A DNA stretch of 64,000 bases from a virus. Below the pieces are notes generated by a model. That model saw nothing but the letters and a program-made list of their open reading frames with translations. It made no database searches and was not told the DNA's origin. Numbering within the stretch: the stretch's first letter is position 1; every line of letters starts with the position of its first letter. Positions 8,928-18,126 of this stretch are shown here, piece by piece. Location: positions 3,949 through 67,948 of the IMG/VR virus record IMGVR_UViG_3300025141_011788. One strand, given 5' to 3'. Position numbers and translations under genes: made by a program.

Positions 8928-9071
8928 TGAGACTACCTCCTCTTAGAAGATGCTAAAGTTGTAAGTAGTATTCCCTTGTTCTGAAGTAGCTGCCCTACAG
9001 CAAAACCCCTCCGAAGAAGAAGCCTTGCTGCAAGGAAGCATACTTTCGCACAGAGAATCCCGAGATGGTAT

Positions 9072-9290
9072 CTAAACAAGTTCACTTTTCTTATTCTCCA
9101 AATGACGATTTAAATACCAAGCGGCCTTTTCCAGATCTTCAATCTCTGAACCTTTGTGCGGAGCACGGAGCATATACTTAATAACATTGCCCACGTTAAA
9201 GTTCAGATCCCACTCTTCAATGACATCGATCGCTTCTATATTGCCCTTGTTATAGTGGGCAGGGTGATCGACGTTATTAGAGTCGCTCAA
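9072..9290 (-). CDS. DUF3310-family protein
   Basis: VDHPAHYN-GNIEAIDVI...GNVIKY...EDLEKAAWYL. Confidence 0.85.
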   Translation of the reverse strand: MSDSNNVDHPAHYNKGNIEAIDVIEEWDLNFNVGNVIKYMLRAPHKGSEIEDLEKAAWYLNRHLENKKSELV

Positions 9291-9562
9291 AGATCACCAC
9301 CGTAGAAGAGAGGCATATCGATTTCATATGGCTCAAGCTCTCCCACCTGGGTTGTCTTATTGAAAACTCGCCAGTCGTGCTCCATCAAGTCAAAGACTAA
9401 TTCTGAGCCGTCTGGTAGCTTTCTCGAAGTGATCTCTGATACATCGGTACCAAAAATGTCTCCGAGCATGTCCTCTGAAAGATCCTGGGGTCGAGCGAAG
9501 AACATATCTCGAAGCTCGCCGCTCTTTTTAACAAAAGATCCGTTATATCCTGTAATAACCAT
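9287..9562 (-). CDS. hypothetical protein
   Basis: 91-aa ORF, overlaps next gene by 4 nt. Confidence 0.6.
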   Translation of the reverse strand: MVITGYNGSFVKKSGELRDMFFARPQDLSEDMLGDIFGTDVSEITSRKLPDGSELVFDLMEHDWRVFNKTTQVGELEPYEIDMPLFYGGDL

Positions 9563-9582
9563 TTTAGTTTTTCCTTTTCTGG

Positions 9583-10167
9583 TTAGTTTTTGTTCTTGGT
9601 GTTGTTGACACGCTCTAGAAACTTAGCCACGGTTGATGAAGCTTCATCCGAGGCGGATGACCCACCACCAGCAGCGGCAGCGGCAGCCTTGGCAGCGGCG
9701 ATGGCCGTTGAGGCGTCAGCAGGGGCGGTCGTGGTCGAGGTGGCCCTGGTTGTCGTCGCTGAGGTGGCTGAGGTGCGGCTTACCGGGGGCACAAGGTTGG
9801 CTGCCTGTAACGCCTCTTGATCCTCGGCGGCGAGCTGGGCACAGGCGAGGGCCTCAGCGTCAGCAGCGGCAACAGATGCCTCAGCGTCAGCCGCTGAATT
9901 AGCTAGCTGTTGAACGAACTGGAATAGTTCATTTTCAATTGTCAGCGTCTCTGTAGAATTAAGTACGATAGATACCGCTTCATCTACAAGATTCACGATC
10001 TGTCGATTCGTGACCACTTGCTCTACTGCTGGGTCTAGTACTACTAGCGGCCCTCCGTTGGCACCGTTGAGAGTCTCTACTAGTTGATCTCTAATCGCAG
10101 TGATCATAGCGTTCTCTCGTGGGGTCAGGGTTAGCCCTAGGTTGCTATTGTTGTTTGCAGTTGTCAT
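9583..10167 (-). CDS. Ala/Thr-rich hypothetical protein
   Basis: AAGGAG RBS, low-complexity C-terminal half. Confidence 0.65.
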   Translation of the reverse strand: MTTANNNSNLGLTLTPRENAMITAIRDQLVETLNGANGGPLVVLDPAVEQVVTNRQIVNLVDEAVSIVLNSTETLTIENELFQFVQQLANSAADAEASVAAADAEALACAQLAAEDQEALQAANLVPPVSRTSATSATTTRATSTTTAPADASTAIAAAKAAAAAAGGGSSASDEASSTVAKFLERVNNTKNKN

Positions 10168-10218
10168 TTTCTCTCTCTCCTTTTGCCGTAGTTAAAAAGT
10201 TATTCGGCTTTGTTTAAT

Positions 10219-10488
10219 TTACTTGTTTGTTTCTTCGTTGTCCCGAACTATCAGGTCAACATCCGCACTGTCTGTTTCCAACTCAATCCATACTCTTGCT
10301 CCGCAACTTAATGGTTTATGAGGGCTGTAAACTACACGGGCTAGCTCGACACCTTCTTTAGTCTTTATTACCGCTTCATGAGCATAACAGTTTTCTTTGT
10401 AGGTTTTAACTGTTAATACTGGCTCGTCAGTTCCGTGCTTTGTGTTTCGCTTGATAACGTGTTGATTGACGTGGATTATCTTTTTCAT
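10219..10488 (-). CDS. conserved phage hypothetical protein
   Basis: IHVNQHVIKRN...PLSCGARVWIE pattern. Confidence 0.7.
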   Translation of the reverse strand: MKKIIHVNQHVIKRNTKHGTDEPVLTVKTYKENCYAHEAVIKTKEGVELARVVYSPHKPLSCGARVWIELETDSADVDLIVRDNEETNK

Positions 10489-10498
10489 TTTGATCAGC

Positions 10499-12109
10499 CT
10501 AATCGACGAACCCTGGGAGCACAGACTGCTGTGGACACGATTCTATTGGAAGAGCGGCACGGTCATCTTCTGTCACGAGGGACTCTTGCTGTTCCTGCTC
10601 ACGGGAACGCTCAAATTCTTCAGGTTCCATTGTTCTCTTAGGTTTGTGAGTTTCCGTGGATAGCACTTGCAGGTTCTCGACCTCATTGCTGCCCCCGAGG
10701 CTCAGAGGATAATTGTGATCGACATCAGTCTCACGCTTCTTTATCATCACTGGTGTGACCTCTTCATCAACCTTGAGTTGACCTAAGTGAATGAGATCCT
10801 CTTGTTGCTTATGGGTTAACTGCTTGCGCTTGTGTTTTACAACCACCTCTCCGGCATCATTCTTCCATTCAATTGGGTTGTTTTTAGTCTTCTCCAAGAT
10901 GTATGTATTTATTGTTTCCCATCTAAACTTGACCGCATTTGGTCGCCAGACATCATCTGTAGCAGCTTTGTAGTCTGTCTCTACTGGGACTGGTAGAGTT
11001 TTAAGTTTTGCCTTGTCTCCCTTACGGTCAGCAATTGCCCAGGCTTCGAAGTCTTTGGGGTCCATCATGATGGTCCTTAGTCGATTATCCATTTGAGTAA
11101 ACACGTCTCTGAGGATATAATCTTCATCCTTAATTTGGAGTTTGTTTTTATAAATGGATACAGCAGTTAGGAACATCTCCATGATATCTGTGTTAGAGAT
11201 ATTAATATATTCCCCATCCTTCTCGTGAGTCTCCCACAATTTCATGAAGTAGTTGTCATAAAAATCATCCCACTTCTTGATGTAATCTGGGTCATTGCCC
11301 TTTTTGCCTTTATAGAATGGTGTGAGCATCTTATCGTTAGTAGCTCGGGTTTTAATAAGTGCGCTATCCACAAGTAACGACAGAAAAAGACGAGAATAGC
11401 CTGCAAAGTACTCGTGCATCTTGTGGCGTTTGTACCAATCACTAGATACATTGATTTTTGCATCTGCTGCAACCCACGCTTTAGTACGGATGTTATTACA
11501 GATATCTGTTCCATACCCATTGCGAATTTCGGCTTTTCGGGGTGGCTTTCCTGAATTAATTGCGTTAAAAAGACCTCGATAACTGGCGAGGCTGATTTTA
11601 TCATACACAAATACTGGAATCTCTGTGTTTGCAATGTAAGTTTGCATTGCGTGACTCAATTGAGAAAAAGTAACGCTATTCTGTCCAGTAGCACCAAAAA
11701 TATCTGGATGTTGCATCCCGAACTGCTCAGATGGGGTAAAAGCATACCGATCTGCAAGAAAGTCCAACAAGCAATCCAGCGCACGGTTTTGACCGTCTAC
11801 TGTAGAGTAAGGTTGTAATTGATATTCGTCAACTAGTTCTTGAAAGTATTCCTTGTCTTTTGGGGTCAGCCCTTTAACGCCAAGTACACGTCCGATATCG
11901 ACCAGAACAATACTTGCCTGATGGAATCCTAAGAGGATACTCTCAATAAAGCTGTTTCGGTCTTCATCATCCCAGCACTTCTCTCGCTGGATCTTTCTAT
12001 CAATAAAGAACTCATCCACAAAAGGGACTTCTCCGTTCGGATCCCTGTCTCGGACCAGTTGAGCGATCGTAACACCGAGGGTGTAATAACTAATTCTTGG
12101 TTTAAACAT
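10499..12109 (-). CDS. DUF262 (ParB/Srx-fold) plus C-terminal HNH nuclease, GmrSD-like
   Basis: QR..W...FIESIL.G and DGQNR motifs; C-terminal DVDHNYPLSLGGSNEVENLQVL HNH. Confidence 0.75.
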   Translation of the reverse strand: MFKPRISYYTLGVTIAQLVRDRDPNGEVPFVDEFFIDRKIQREKCWDDEDRNSFIESILLGFHQASIVLVDIGRVLGVKGLTPKDKEYFQELVDEYQLQPYSTVDGQNRALDCLLDFLADRYAFTPSEQFGMQHPDIFGATGQNSVTFSQLSHAMQTYIANTEIPVFVYDKISLASYRGLFNAINSGKPPRKAEIRNGYGTDICNNIRTKAWVAADAKINVSSDWYKRHKMHEYFAGYSRLFLSLLVDSALIKTRATNDKMLTPFYKGKKGNDPDYIKKWDDFYDNYFMKLWETHEKDGEYINISNTDIMEMFLTAVSIYKNKLQIKDEDYILRDVFTQMDNRLRTIMMDPKDFEAWAIADRKGDKAKLKTLPVPVETDYKAATDDVWRPNAVKFRWETINTYILEKTKNNPIEWKNDAGEVVVKHKRKQLTHKQQEDLIHLGQLKVDEEVTPVMIKKRETDVDHNYPLSLGGSNEVENLQVLSTETHKPKRTMEPEEFERSREQEQQESLVTEDDRAALPIESCPQQSVLPGFVD

Positions 12110-13094
12110 ATTTTAATTCTCCTGTTGATGTCTTATTATTAAATTTATTCGCCATGATCGAAATGGCATCTGGGTTTTTTTCAAACAATAGAGCCTTGCG
12201 GCCAAGATTCCGAGCGGCAACACCTGTGGTTCCCGCACCCGCCATCGGGTCCAGAACAATATCACCTAGGTCTGTCGTCATCTCAATGATCCTCTCGACG
12301 AGCTTTACTGGCTTCTGAGTGGGGTACTTCCGCTCTTGATCACCCATGGCAATCGAGTGAATATCATCCCACAAGTTTGTTGCAGGCTTCCCCTTTGACT
12401 CGTGCTTGTATATCTTCCTGTACAGTTTAGAGCCATTTTTAGATGGGATATGTACCCGGTCTTCTGCAATGAGGTCTTCTAAACCCTCTCTTGAGACCCG
12501 CCAGCCAAACGGTGCTGTGTAGTCTACACCCTCTATCGACATTTTATAATATCGATCATCTCTTCCCGTCTTCTGGGTTGCGGTGTAGGTCAGATGGCCC
12601 AGGGCATAGTTTCCCCGGCTATCCTTGTTCTTGTATGAGTTCTCTGCATAATAGGCATCTAACGGTTGATAAACTAAGTTATACTTTGGCTTTTTCTTGC
12701 CTGAGCACCAGAAGATAACATCAGTTACTGCCCCTAGTTTATTCTTCACATTGTTCTTTGACCGACATCTGTTCCAGAAGATGGGTTGAACCTTTTTGAA
12801 GTGTTTCTGACAAAGAATGTGAGGGATCAACATCTCCTCAGCAGAGATATGAAAGAAAAGTGACCCATCAGGTTTAAGAATACGCCGTGCCTCTTCAAGA
12901 ATAGGCTCAACGAGGTCGATGTACTCATTATCAGAACTGAAAACATCACTGAAGCCGATTGCGTCCTCCTCGGTGTTCAGACGGAAATCGTTTCCCGTGT
13001 TGAACGGAGGGTCAAAATAAACAGTGGCGATCGAGTGACCAGGGACCTCTTTTATAAGTTCCCTGGCGTCACCCAGAAGATATCGGATATCCAT
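12102..13094 (-). CDS. beta-class N6A/N4C DNA methyltransferase
   Basis: Motif IV DPPF precedes YPTQKP and motif I LDPMAGAGTT. Confidence 0.92.
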   Translation of the reverse strand: MDIRYLLGDARELIKEVPGHSIATVYFDPPFNTGNDFRLNTEEDAIGFSDVFSSDNEYIDLVEPILEEARRILKPDGSLFFHISAEEMLIPHILCQKHFKKVQPIFWNRCRSKNNVKNKLGAVTDVIFWCSGKKKPKYNLVYQPLDAYYAENSYKNKDSRGNYALGHLTYTATQKTGRDDRYYKMSIEGVDYTAPFGWRVSREGLEDLIAEDRVHIPSKNGSKLYRKIYKHESKGKPATNLWDDIHSIAMGDQERKYPTQKPVKLVERIIEMTTDLGDIVLDPMAGAGTTGVAARNLGRKALLFEKNPDAISIMANKFNNKTSTGELKYV

Positions 13095-13120
13095 ATTCTA
13101 CTCCTTAAACCTTGAAGCTA

Positions 13121-13960
13121 TTATAACACAAATGTTTGCGCATCTTTAATCTGTTCTAACATCTTCTCTGGTTCGTCCTGTTGAATTTTGATCGACACTA
13201 CTGAGCTATTGTTTCTGGACCATTTTTTTCCGGCAAGATGTGCGCCCATGCCGTTATTAAGGGTAACACGCAGGCGTAAATAGGTATCGTGAATACTGCC
13301 GTTGGGCAGCTTACACCAAATGCGCTGAGATGCCGAACGATTCTTCTTCAAGAAAAAGGAAACGTTTGGATTGTTCAGCAATCCAACCAGGGGAAGTTCC
13401 CTATTGACTTCAAACCACACCGATTTCTTTTCCGGATAATGAACAGCTACATAGAAATCACTTTCCTGGGTGTATTTCTCAAACGCCTGAGATAAAATGA
13501 CCCTGAGCATTGCCGGAGTGATATCATTCAAACACCCGTTGGCGATCCTGTTATATTCAGCCCGATAGGGCGCAACGAGAGATTTAACCTCTTTCTCGTT
13601 TTCGGATCTGGTAATTACAGAGCCCCGATGGATTCCCTTTGTTGACCTGTAGTACTCACGCACTGGGCTCAGGGCGGTGTCTAAAGAGGGTAAACTCGCA
13701 GCAACCCTAGCAAGAGTGGTGTTTACCCAGTCAAAAGTCCCCCCGTTGCCCGAGCGAGTCTTCACTGATACCCCTAGCTTTTGACCCGTTTGACGAGCAA
13801 TGCGGATGTCTGCCTTGTTCGCTGTGCCCCCGAGGTGGCAAGCAGATTTCACCCCGCCCAGGTACGTCTGTAGTTTCGGGTTGGCTCCGATTTGGCTAAG
13901 AATAATTTTCTCGCCAGCAATGCCGTTGTAGTGGCCGATCCCATTAGTCTGAAAAGGCAT
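13121..13960 (-). CDS. putative PD-(D/E)XK restriction endonuclease
   Basis: E...KADI...GVSVK catalytic pattern; adjacent to MTase; start MPFQ after GGAGGAG. Confidence 0.6.
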   Translation of the reverse strand: MPFQTNGIGHYNGIAGEKIILSQIGANPKLQTYLGGVKSACHLGGTANKADIRIARQTGQKLGVSVKTRSGNGGTFDWVNTTLARVAASLPSLDTALSPVREYYRSTKGIHRGSVITRSENEKEVKSLVAPYRAEYNRIANGCLNDITPAMLRVILSQAFEKYTQESDFYVAVHYPEKKSVWFEVNRELPLVGLLNNPNVSFFLKKNRSASQRIWCKLPNGSIHDTYLRLRVTLNNGMGAHLAGKKWSRNNSSVVSIKIQQDEPEKMLEQIKDAQTFVL

Positions 13961-13967
13961 TATTCCC

Positions 13968-14080
13968 TCTCCTCCTGTCGGGTTCATCCCGACCATAACT
14001 TAATATATCAAAGGTTCTCACACCCGTCAAGTTTTTATTTTAGTGTTTCCCGAACTTTAATCGATCGAGTTGAAATCACG
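13968..14080 (-). repeat. direct repeat copy A (promoter, 5' hairpin, RBS, remnant of upstream gene end)
   Basis: About 90% identical to 15641-15752 by manual alignment; contains TTGACG-N17-TATATT and a GTCGGG-ATGAA-CCCGAC hairpin. Confidence 0.95.
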
Positions 14081-14089
14081 ACGGACTCA

Positions 14090-14857
14090 TCAGCAATGCG
14101 ATGCCCCGAGGGTTTTAACAATTGCGGAGGGCTTAAACTTAAACTGTAGGTTAGTAGGGGAGCCTGTACCGCCCTTCCTCTGAACAGTGATGAAGGCGCC
14201 GAGAGATAAAGAACCCCTAGGGGAGATGGAAACGTTTCCAGCTCCAAGATAAAACCCCACAACTTTGTCCATAGGGATGAGATAATACCCTGGCTTCTCA
14301 CCGTTGGTGATCTTGGTGATGATCATATAATCTGGCCTTTGTTTATGTGAGCCGCAAAAGATATGATCTACGATCTTTCCTGAGTTGTCTCGAAAGAAGC
14401 CTAAGGTGTCCTCTACATACCTCTCTTTAATTTCCCGTAAGGTCGCTCGCTTACGACTCCTGGTGTGGTTGACATCTTTTGCAAGAACATCAGGATTATC
14501 ACAAGGTAACACCGAGCCAGTGAACACTTCTAGACACTCTCGAACAGTATCGGTGAAGCCAAATGATTTATGATAGCTGTCAACTGAAGACCTTGCAACA
14601 TGGTTATAGTCAGCACCAGGCATATATTTCTTTGCAGACACCAACCTACTCTCGCCCTTGATAATAAGCTCAATGTCTGCCTTTACTGTACCTGGAATTT
14701 TAGTGGCTGTAACGTCACCAGCTAGCAGTTCGGACGGCTCGAAACCCATCTGGCGTAGCATTTCTTGAGCCTCAGGGTGGTCTTCAAAACTCTTGAACAT
14801 CTCGACAAGACGATATTCGTTATCGTAGCCAGATTTTGCGATCTCAGATCCGTTCAT
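14090..14857 (-). CDS. MspI/HinP1I-family type II restriction endonuclease
   Basis: GSEIAKSGYDNE, KADI...VSAK, QRKGG and LQFK motifs typical of this family. Confidence 0.7.
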   Translation of the reverse strand: MNGSEIAKSGYDNEYRLVEMFKSFEDHPEAQEMLRQMGFEPSELLAGDVTATKIPGTVKADIELIIKGESRLVSAKKYMPGADYNHVARSSVDSYHKSFGFTDTVRECLEVFTGSVLPCDNPDVLAKDVNHTRSRKRATLREIKERYVEDTLGFFRDNSGKIVDHIFCGSHKQRPDYMIITKITNGEKPGYYLIPMDKVVGFYLGAGNVSISPRGSLSLGAFITVQRKGGTGSPTNLQFKFKPSAIVKTLGASHC

Positions 14858-14861
14858 GACC

Positions 14862-15635
14862 TCATTCCCCTGTTCTTTTCAATCGATCAACCGATTCTTC
14901 AAAATAAACCTCATCAAGCTCAAAGCCGATATAGCGTCTATTAAGCTTTTTTGCAACGGCTGGTGTCGTGCCGCTTCCACAAAAAGGGTCAAGGACTAGA
15001 TCGCCAGGGTTTGAACTTGCCTTGATAATTCGCTCAAGCACCTCCTCCGGCATCTGACAGGGGTGACTCTTAACCCTCTCCTTGAATGTGCCACAGAGTC
15101 TCGACATCTGCCAGGTATCATCTGGGACTTTTCCCTTGCTGTTCGCTCGCTTGTCGTTATATTTCAGCTGTCTCGCAGAGGGCACCCTGATTTCATCAAC
15201 ATTGAAAGTAAAGTCCTTGGGGTTTTTTGTGAAATAGTGGATGTGAGTGTGAGTTCGGCTAAACTTCTTTCTACAATTTTGACCGAAGGTATAGTACCAG
15301 ATAATCCAGTTTCTAAAACTTAAGCCACCGTCCTTCAAGATAATATTTAGTTCAGCAGCATATTCATCGCCAATAGCAACATACATCGACCCGTTAGGTT
15401 TCAATACCCGCACACACTCACTCACCCACTTACTTGACCATTCTTTGTAATCCTCGTAAGGCTTATCATCCTTGTAGGAGTTGTACGAATAGCCGATGTT
15501 GAATGGCGGGTCGGCAAATACCAGATCAACACTTCCAGAATCCAAGTGCTTTAAAAGCTCAAGGCTGTCTCCAAGGTAGATGTTGTCTTTCTTAACTAGA
15601 CCTGGGAAGGTTGATCGCAGTCTGCCCCTGTTCAT
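14862..15635 (-). CDS. beta-class N4C/N6A DNA methyltransferase
   Basis: FADPPFN, HPCQMP, LDPFCGSGTT. Confidence 0.93.
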   Translation of the reverse strand: MNRGRLRSTFPGLVKKDNIYLGDSLELLKHLDSGSVDLVFADPPFNIGYSYNSYKDDKPYEDYKEWSSKWVSECVRVLKPNGSMYVAIGDEYAAELNIILKDGGLSFRNWIIWYYTFGQNCRKKFSRTHTHIHYFTKNPKDFTFNVDEIRVPSARQLKYNDKRANSKGKVPDDTWQMSRLCGTFKERVKSHPCQMPEEVLERIIKASSNPGDLVLDPFCGSGTTPAVAKKLNRRYIGFELDEVYFEESVDRLKRTGE

Positions 15636-15640
15636 CTTCT

Positions 15641-15752
15641 TCTCCTTCTGTCGGGTTCATCCGACCATAACTTAATATATCAAAGGTTTCTTGATCAGTC
15701 AAGTTTTTACTTTAGTGTTCCCCGAACTTTAATCGATCGAGTTGAAATCACG
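15641..15752 (-). repeat. direct repeat copy B
   Basis: Matches 13968-14080; includes the real 3' end of the gene at 15729-16094. Confidence 0.95.
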
Positions 15753-16094
15753 GAAGATTTGTTGAGGTTTAACCTTTTTCCACTGGATTGTTCGGTAAGG
15801 CTTCCTAGTGACCTTCGTCGAAATCAAACTCTGTTCATCCGAGACGCTAAAGACAAACTTGCACACTTCTAGCCGTTGCTTGATGTCTTCCAGCACTTCC
15901 GGGTGGCTCTCCTCCCTCCCCGCAAACACTAGCATCATGCAGTAGCGATTAAACTCGCTCATTTCCTTCGTCCGTACCTCTATCTGTTGACAACATTGTT
16001 GGCCTTTTATTGGGGTTGAGGTCGAGGCACAGCCGGATAGCAGGACAAGAAAGATACCAATACTGATGGCTTTCATCTTATTACTTAACTCCAA
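15729..16094 (-). CDS. Cys-rich lipoprotein
   Basis: Lipobox LLSGC; paralog of the adjacent gene. Confidence 0.7.
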   Translation of the reverse strand: MELSNKMKAISIGIFLVLLSGCASTSTPIKGQQCCQQIEVRTKEMSEFNRYCMMLVFAGREESHPEVLEDIKQRLEVCKFVFSVSDEQSLISTKVTRKPYRTIQWKKVKPQQIFRDFNSID

Positions 16095-16323
16095 AAACTT
16101 GCTTGCAAGCTGCGAGGCCTTGATTAATATTTAACATCGCCTTCGAATCGTCGTTGTATAGAGACTTGGCGTAGGATAAGAAAAGGCAAAGTTTTTTATA
16201 TTTCTTCATCTCTCGATCCCGGACGCTCAGTCGTTGCTCGCAACTAGTTGGCGAGGGTGGAGGCCCAACTGTCGCAAAACAAGCCGGGGTTGCCAAAAGG
16301 GTAATAGCTAGCAGATACTTCAT
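16081..16323 (-). CDS. Cys-rich lipoprotein or secreted protein
   Basis: MKYLLAITLLATPAC; shares the C..VR..EM...C...CK.VF.V pattern with its neighbour. Confidence 0.65.
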   Translation of the reverse strand: MKYLLAITLLATPACFATVGPPPSPTSCEQRLSVRDREMKKYKKLCLFLSYAKSLYNDDSKAMLNINQGLAACKQVFGVK

Positions 16324-16649
16324 TTGTTCACGCTCCTTAAGCGGTCCACAGGTAGGCATACCTTGCCGCTGCCTGGGGCTCCTTTAATGTATGAGTTCTT
16401 GTTAAAGATGATAGTCGCCCAACCATGGCTATAGATCGTGCCCTCGCCAACAGGTGCCGGGGCAGGGGGCAGGTTGCCGTCAATGGACATCACCACCCCC
16501 ACCGCTCCAAGTTTGACCAGATAAGGTCGGCCATGTCTCACCCCTGACTCCTGAAAAGCACGGAAGTACTTGGGATCGGGTAAGTCTGGGTCTTCTAGTT
16601 CTAGTTTAACTAGATCTCCTGGCTTAAGCAGACGAGGAACTGGACTCAA
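16320..16649 (-). CDS. KOW/SH3-like protein
   Basis: LKPGDLVKL...GVVM. Confidence 0.65.
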   Translation of the reverse strand: MSPVPRLLKPGDLVKLELEDPDLPDPKYFRAFQESGVRHGRPYLVKLGAVGVVMSIDGNLPPAPAPVGEGTIYSHGWATIIFNKNSYIKGAPGSGKVCLPVDRLRSVNK

Positions 16650-16653
16650 TGGA

Positions 16654-16965
16654 CTACTGGCTCCAACGATCGCTGATGATTAGAAAACTGCCATCAACCA
16701 AGTCTTCATCCGTGAGGCGGGAGGCTTGTTCGTCGCCTAGCAACTGAACTACAACTTTCTTGATTGCAATTCCGTTCTTACGAAAGTTATATTCCCCTCG
16801 ATATTCCCCTTCGGTTAGGGCCGACTTGAGCCGTTCAAGTTGAGCTAGGCGAGCTGTCACTACTCGTGCTCGAAATTCATGAGCCCCTTCTTCGTTACTG
16901 AAGTTCGCAATGAGTTTTCGGCCTGGTCCTAGGACTGTCCAATAGATTAGTTCGTTTTCGTTCAT
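16654..16965 (-). CDS. hypothetical protein
   Basis: Preceded by a TTGATA-N17-TACAAT promoter (about 16985-17015) and AAAGGG RBS. Confidence 0.65.
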   Translation of the reverse strand: MNENELIYWTVLGPGRKLIANFSNEEGAHEFRARVVTARLAQLERLKSALTEGEYRGEYNFRKNGIAIKKVVVQLLGDEQASRLTDEDLVDGSFLIISDRWSQ

Positions 16966-17010
16966 CTTATCCCTTTCGCACTCTCATTGTATCAAAGGTC
17001 TTTTCGTTTA

Positions 17011-17274
17011 TCAAGTTTTATTTTCGAAGTATTTTCTCTTGGTCTCTGGGTTCTGTTTCTTCAGCCAATATTCTAATCTCAATGCCTCTCCGTGTTCCAT
17101 TGGTTCGGAGTGGTTTATTAATATTGTTTGTTTTCCCCGAGTTTGTTTTACTTTGTTGTTTTGGTGGTCTTTCAGTCGTTTGGATACATCCTTAGCGATG
17201 CCGACGTGAAGTGTAATGCGGTTTGTTTTCTCGGTCGTACACTGTAAGATGTAGACAGAATAGAGGTTAGTCAC
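17011..17274 (-). CDS. GIY-YIG nuclease (small, UPF0213-like)
   Basis: VYILQC...LHVGIAKDVSKRLKDH...EALRLEYWLK; likely GTG start at 17274. Confidence 0.8.
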   Translation of the reverse strand: MTNLYSVYILQCTTEKTNRITLHVGIAKDVSKRLKDHQNNKVKQTRGKQTILINHSEPMEHGEALRLEYWLKKQNPETKRKYFENKT

Positions 17275-17470
17275 TAACGAGTTCCAAGCACCCGACAATG
17301 ACCCTCTCGTCATAGGTGCCGTCAGACCAAGTAACGTCAGCAAGGAGAGTCTCTTGATCGTCGTCACTATACCATTCAAGATTAGTGACAAGACCACAGG
17401 TTCGAAGGTGCTGCTCGTCTGACCAGCGATACCCAACATACTCTACAATTGATCCAACTCGCATTACCAC
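17267..17470 (-). CDS. KOW/SH3-like protein
   Basis: MRVGSIVEY...GLV...VTWSDG. Confidence 0.65.
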   Translation of the reverse strand: MVMRVGSIVEYVGYRWSDEQHLRTCGLVTNLEWYSDDDQETLLADVTWSDGTYDERVIVGCLELVSD

Positions 17471-17685
17471 AACCTTTTCGTTAAATCTTGGACGTAGGCA
17501 TGGCCCTCTTCGCCGTCAGGAAACAAGAGCCGTACATGAGTCGTGGCATAATGCTCCGGGTTTACAACTTCCATTACCAACATGGGCGTCTTGTTCTGAG
17601 CGGCATCAACCCACCAAACAGGGGAGTCCGGATAGATTGAGGACATTCGTGCTCGTACTAGATCGCCGGCTTTGAGCTTGTTCAT
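17464..17685 (-). CDS. KOW/SH3-like protein
   Basis: LKAGDLVRA...MLVM...VRLLFPDG. Confidence 0.65.
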   Translation of the reverse strand: MNKLKAGDLVRARMSSIYPDSPVWWVDAAQNKTPMLVMEVVNPEHYATTHVRLLFPDGEEGHAYVQDLTKRLW

Positions 17686-17702
17686 GTTGCTGTTCTTGTC
17701 TT

Positions 17703-17927
17703 CTAAAATAAGATGAGGTTGTAAAGCTTCTCAAGCACCCTCTGGACCTTGGTGATCTCCTCCGATCGGCTCCACAAGTCCAGTTCTCGGTACGCCTCTA
17801 GCCGTTCCTCAGATAACAAAACCCAGTTGCGAAGCTCGTTCCACTCCAAGAGGTCTCTCGGCGTCCGAAGGGGATTGCTCTCTAGATCAGCTAGGCGCTC
17901 AAGCTTTTCGATCATCGTCTTTTCCAT
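17703..17927 (-). CDS. hypothetical protein
   Basis: ORF; likely start MEKTM directly after ATATCTA-CTAC. Confidence 0.5.
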   Translation of the reverse strand: MEKTMIEKLERLADLESNPLRTPRDLLEWNELRNWVLLSEERLEAYRELDLWSRSEEITKVQRVLEKLYNLILF

Positions 17928-17951
17928 GTAGTAGATATGACGCAACTTTAG

Positions 17952-18122
17952 TTACTTGGAAATCAAACCTTCTTGGAGCATCTGATAGGTAGTACGACCA
18001 TAGTGACCTTGGAGGTTCCACGCTAAGCCAGTGTCATAAAGTTCCTGAAAGAGAGCGACCATTTCGGCTTGGTCCATTTCTCCCTGTTCATAACTAACAA
18101 TTCTACTCGTCAAGTCAGACAT
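17952..18122 (-). CDS. 56-aa conserved phage protein (not in ORF track)
   Basis: MSDLTSRIVSYEQGEM...FQELYDTGLAWNLQGHYGRT; AAGGG RBS in the upstream gene end. Confidence 0.7.
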   Translation of the reverse strand: MSDLTSRIVSYEQGEMDQAEMVALFQELYDTGLAWNLQGHYGRTTYQMLQEGLISK

Positions 18123-18126
18123 AATG

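Noticed and set aside
17011-17274. Mobile homing endonuclease
   Set aside because: Only the catalytic GIY-YIG module (87 aa) is present, with no DNA-binding extension and no interrupted host gene.
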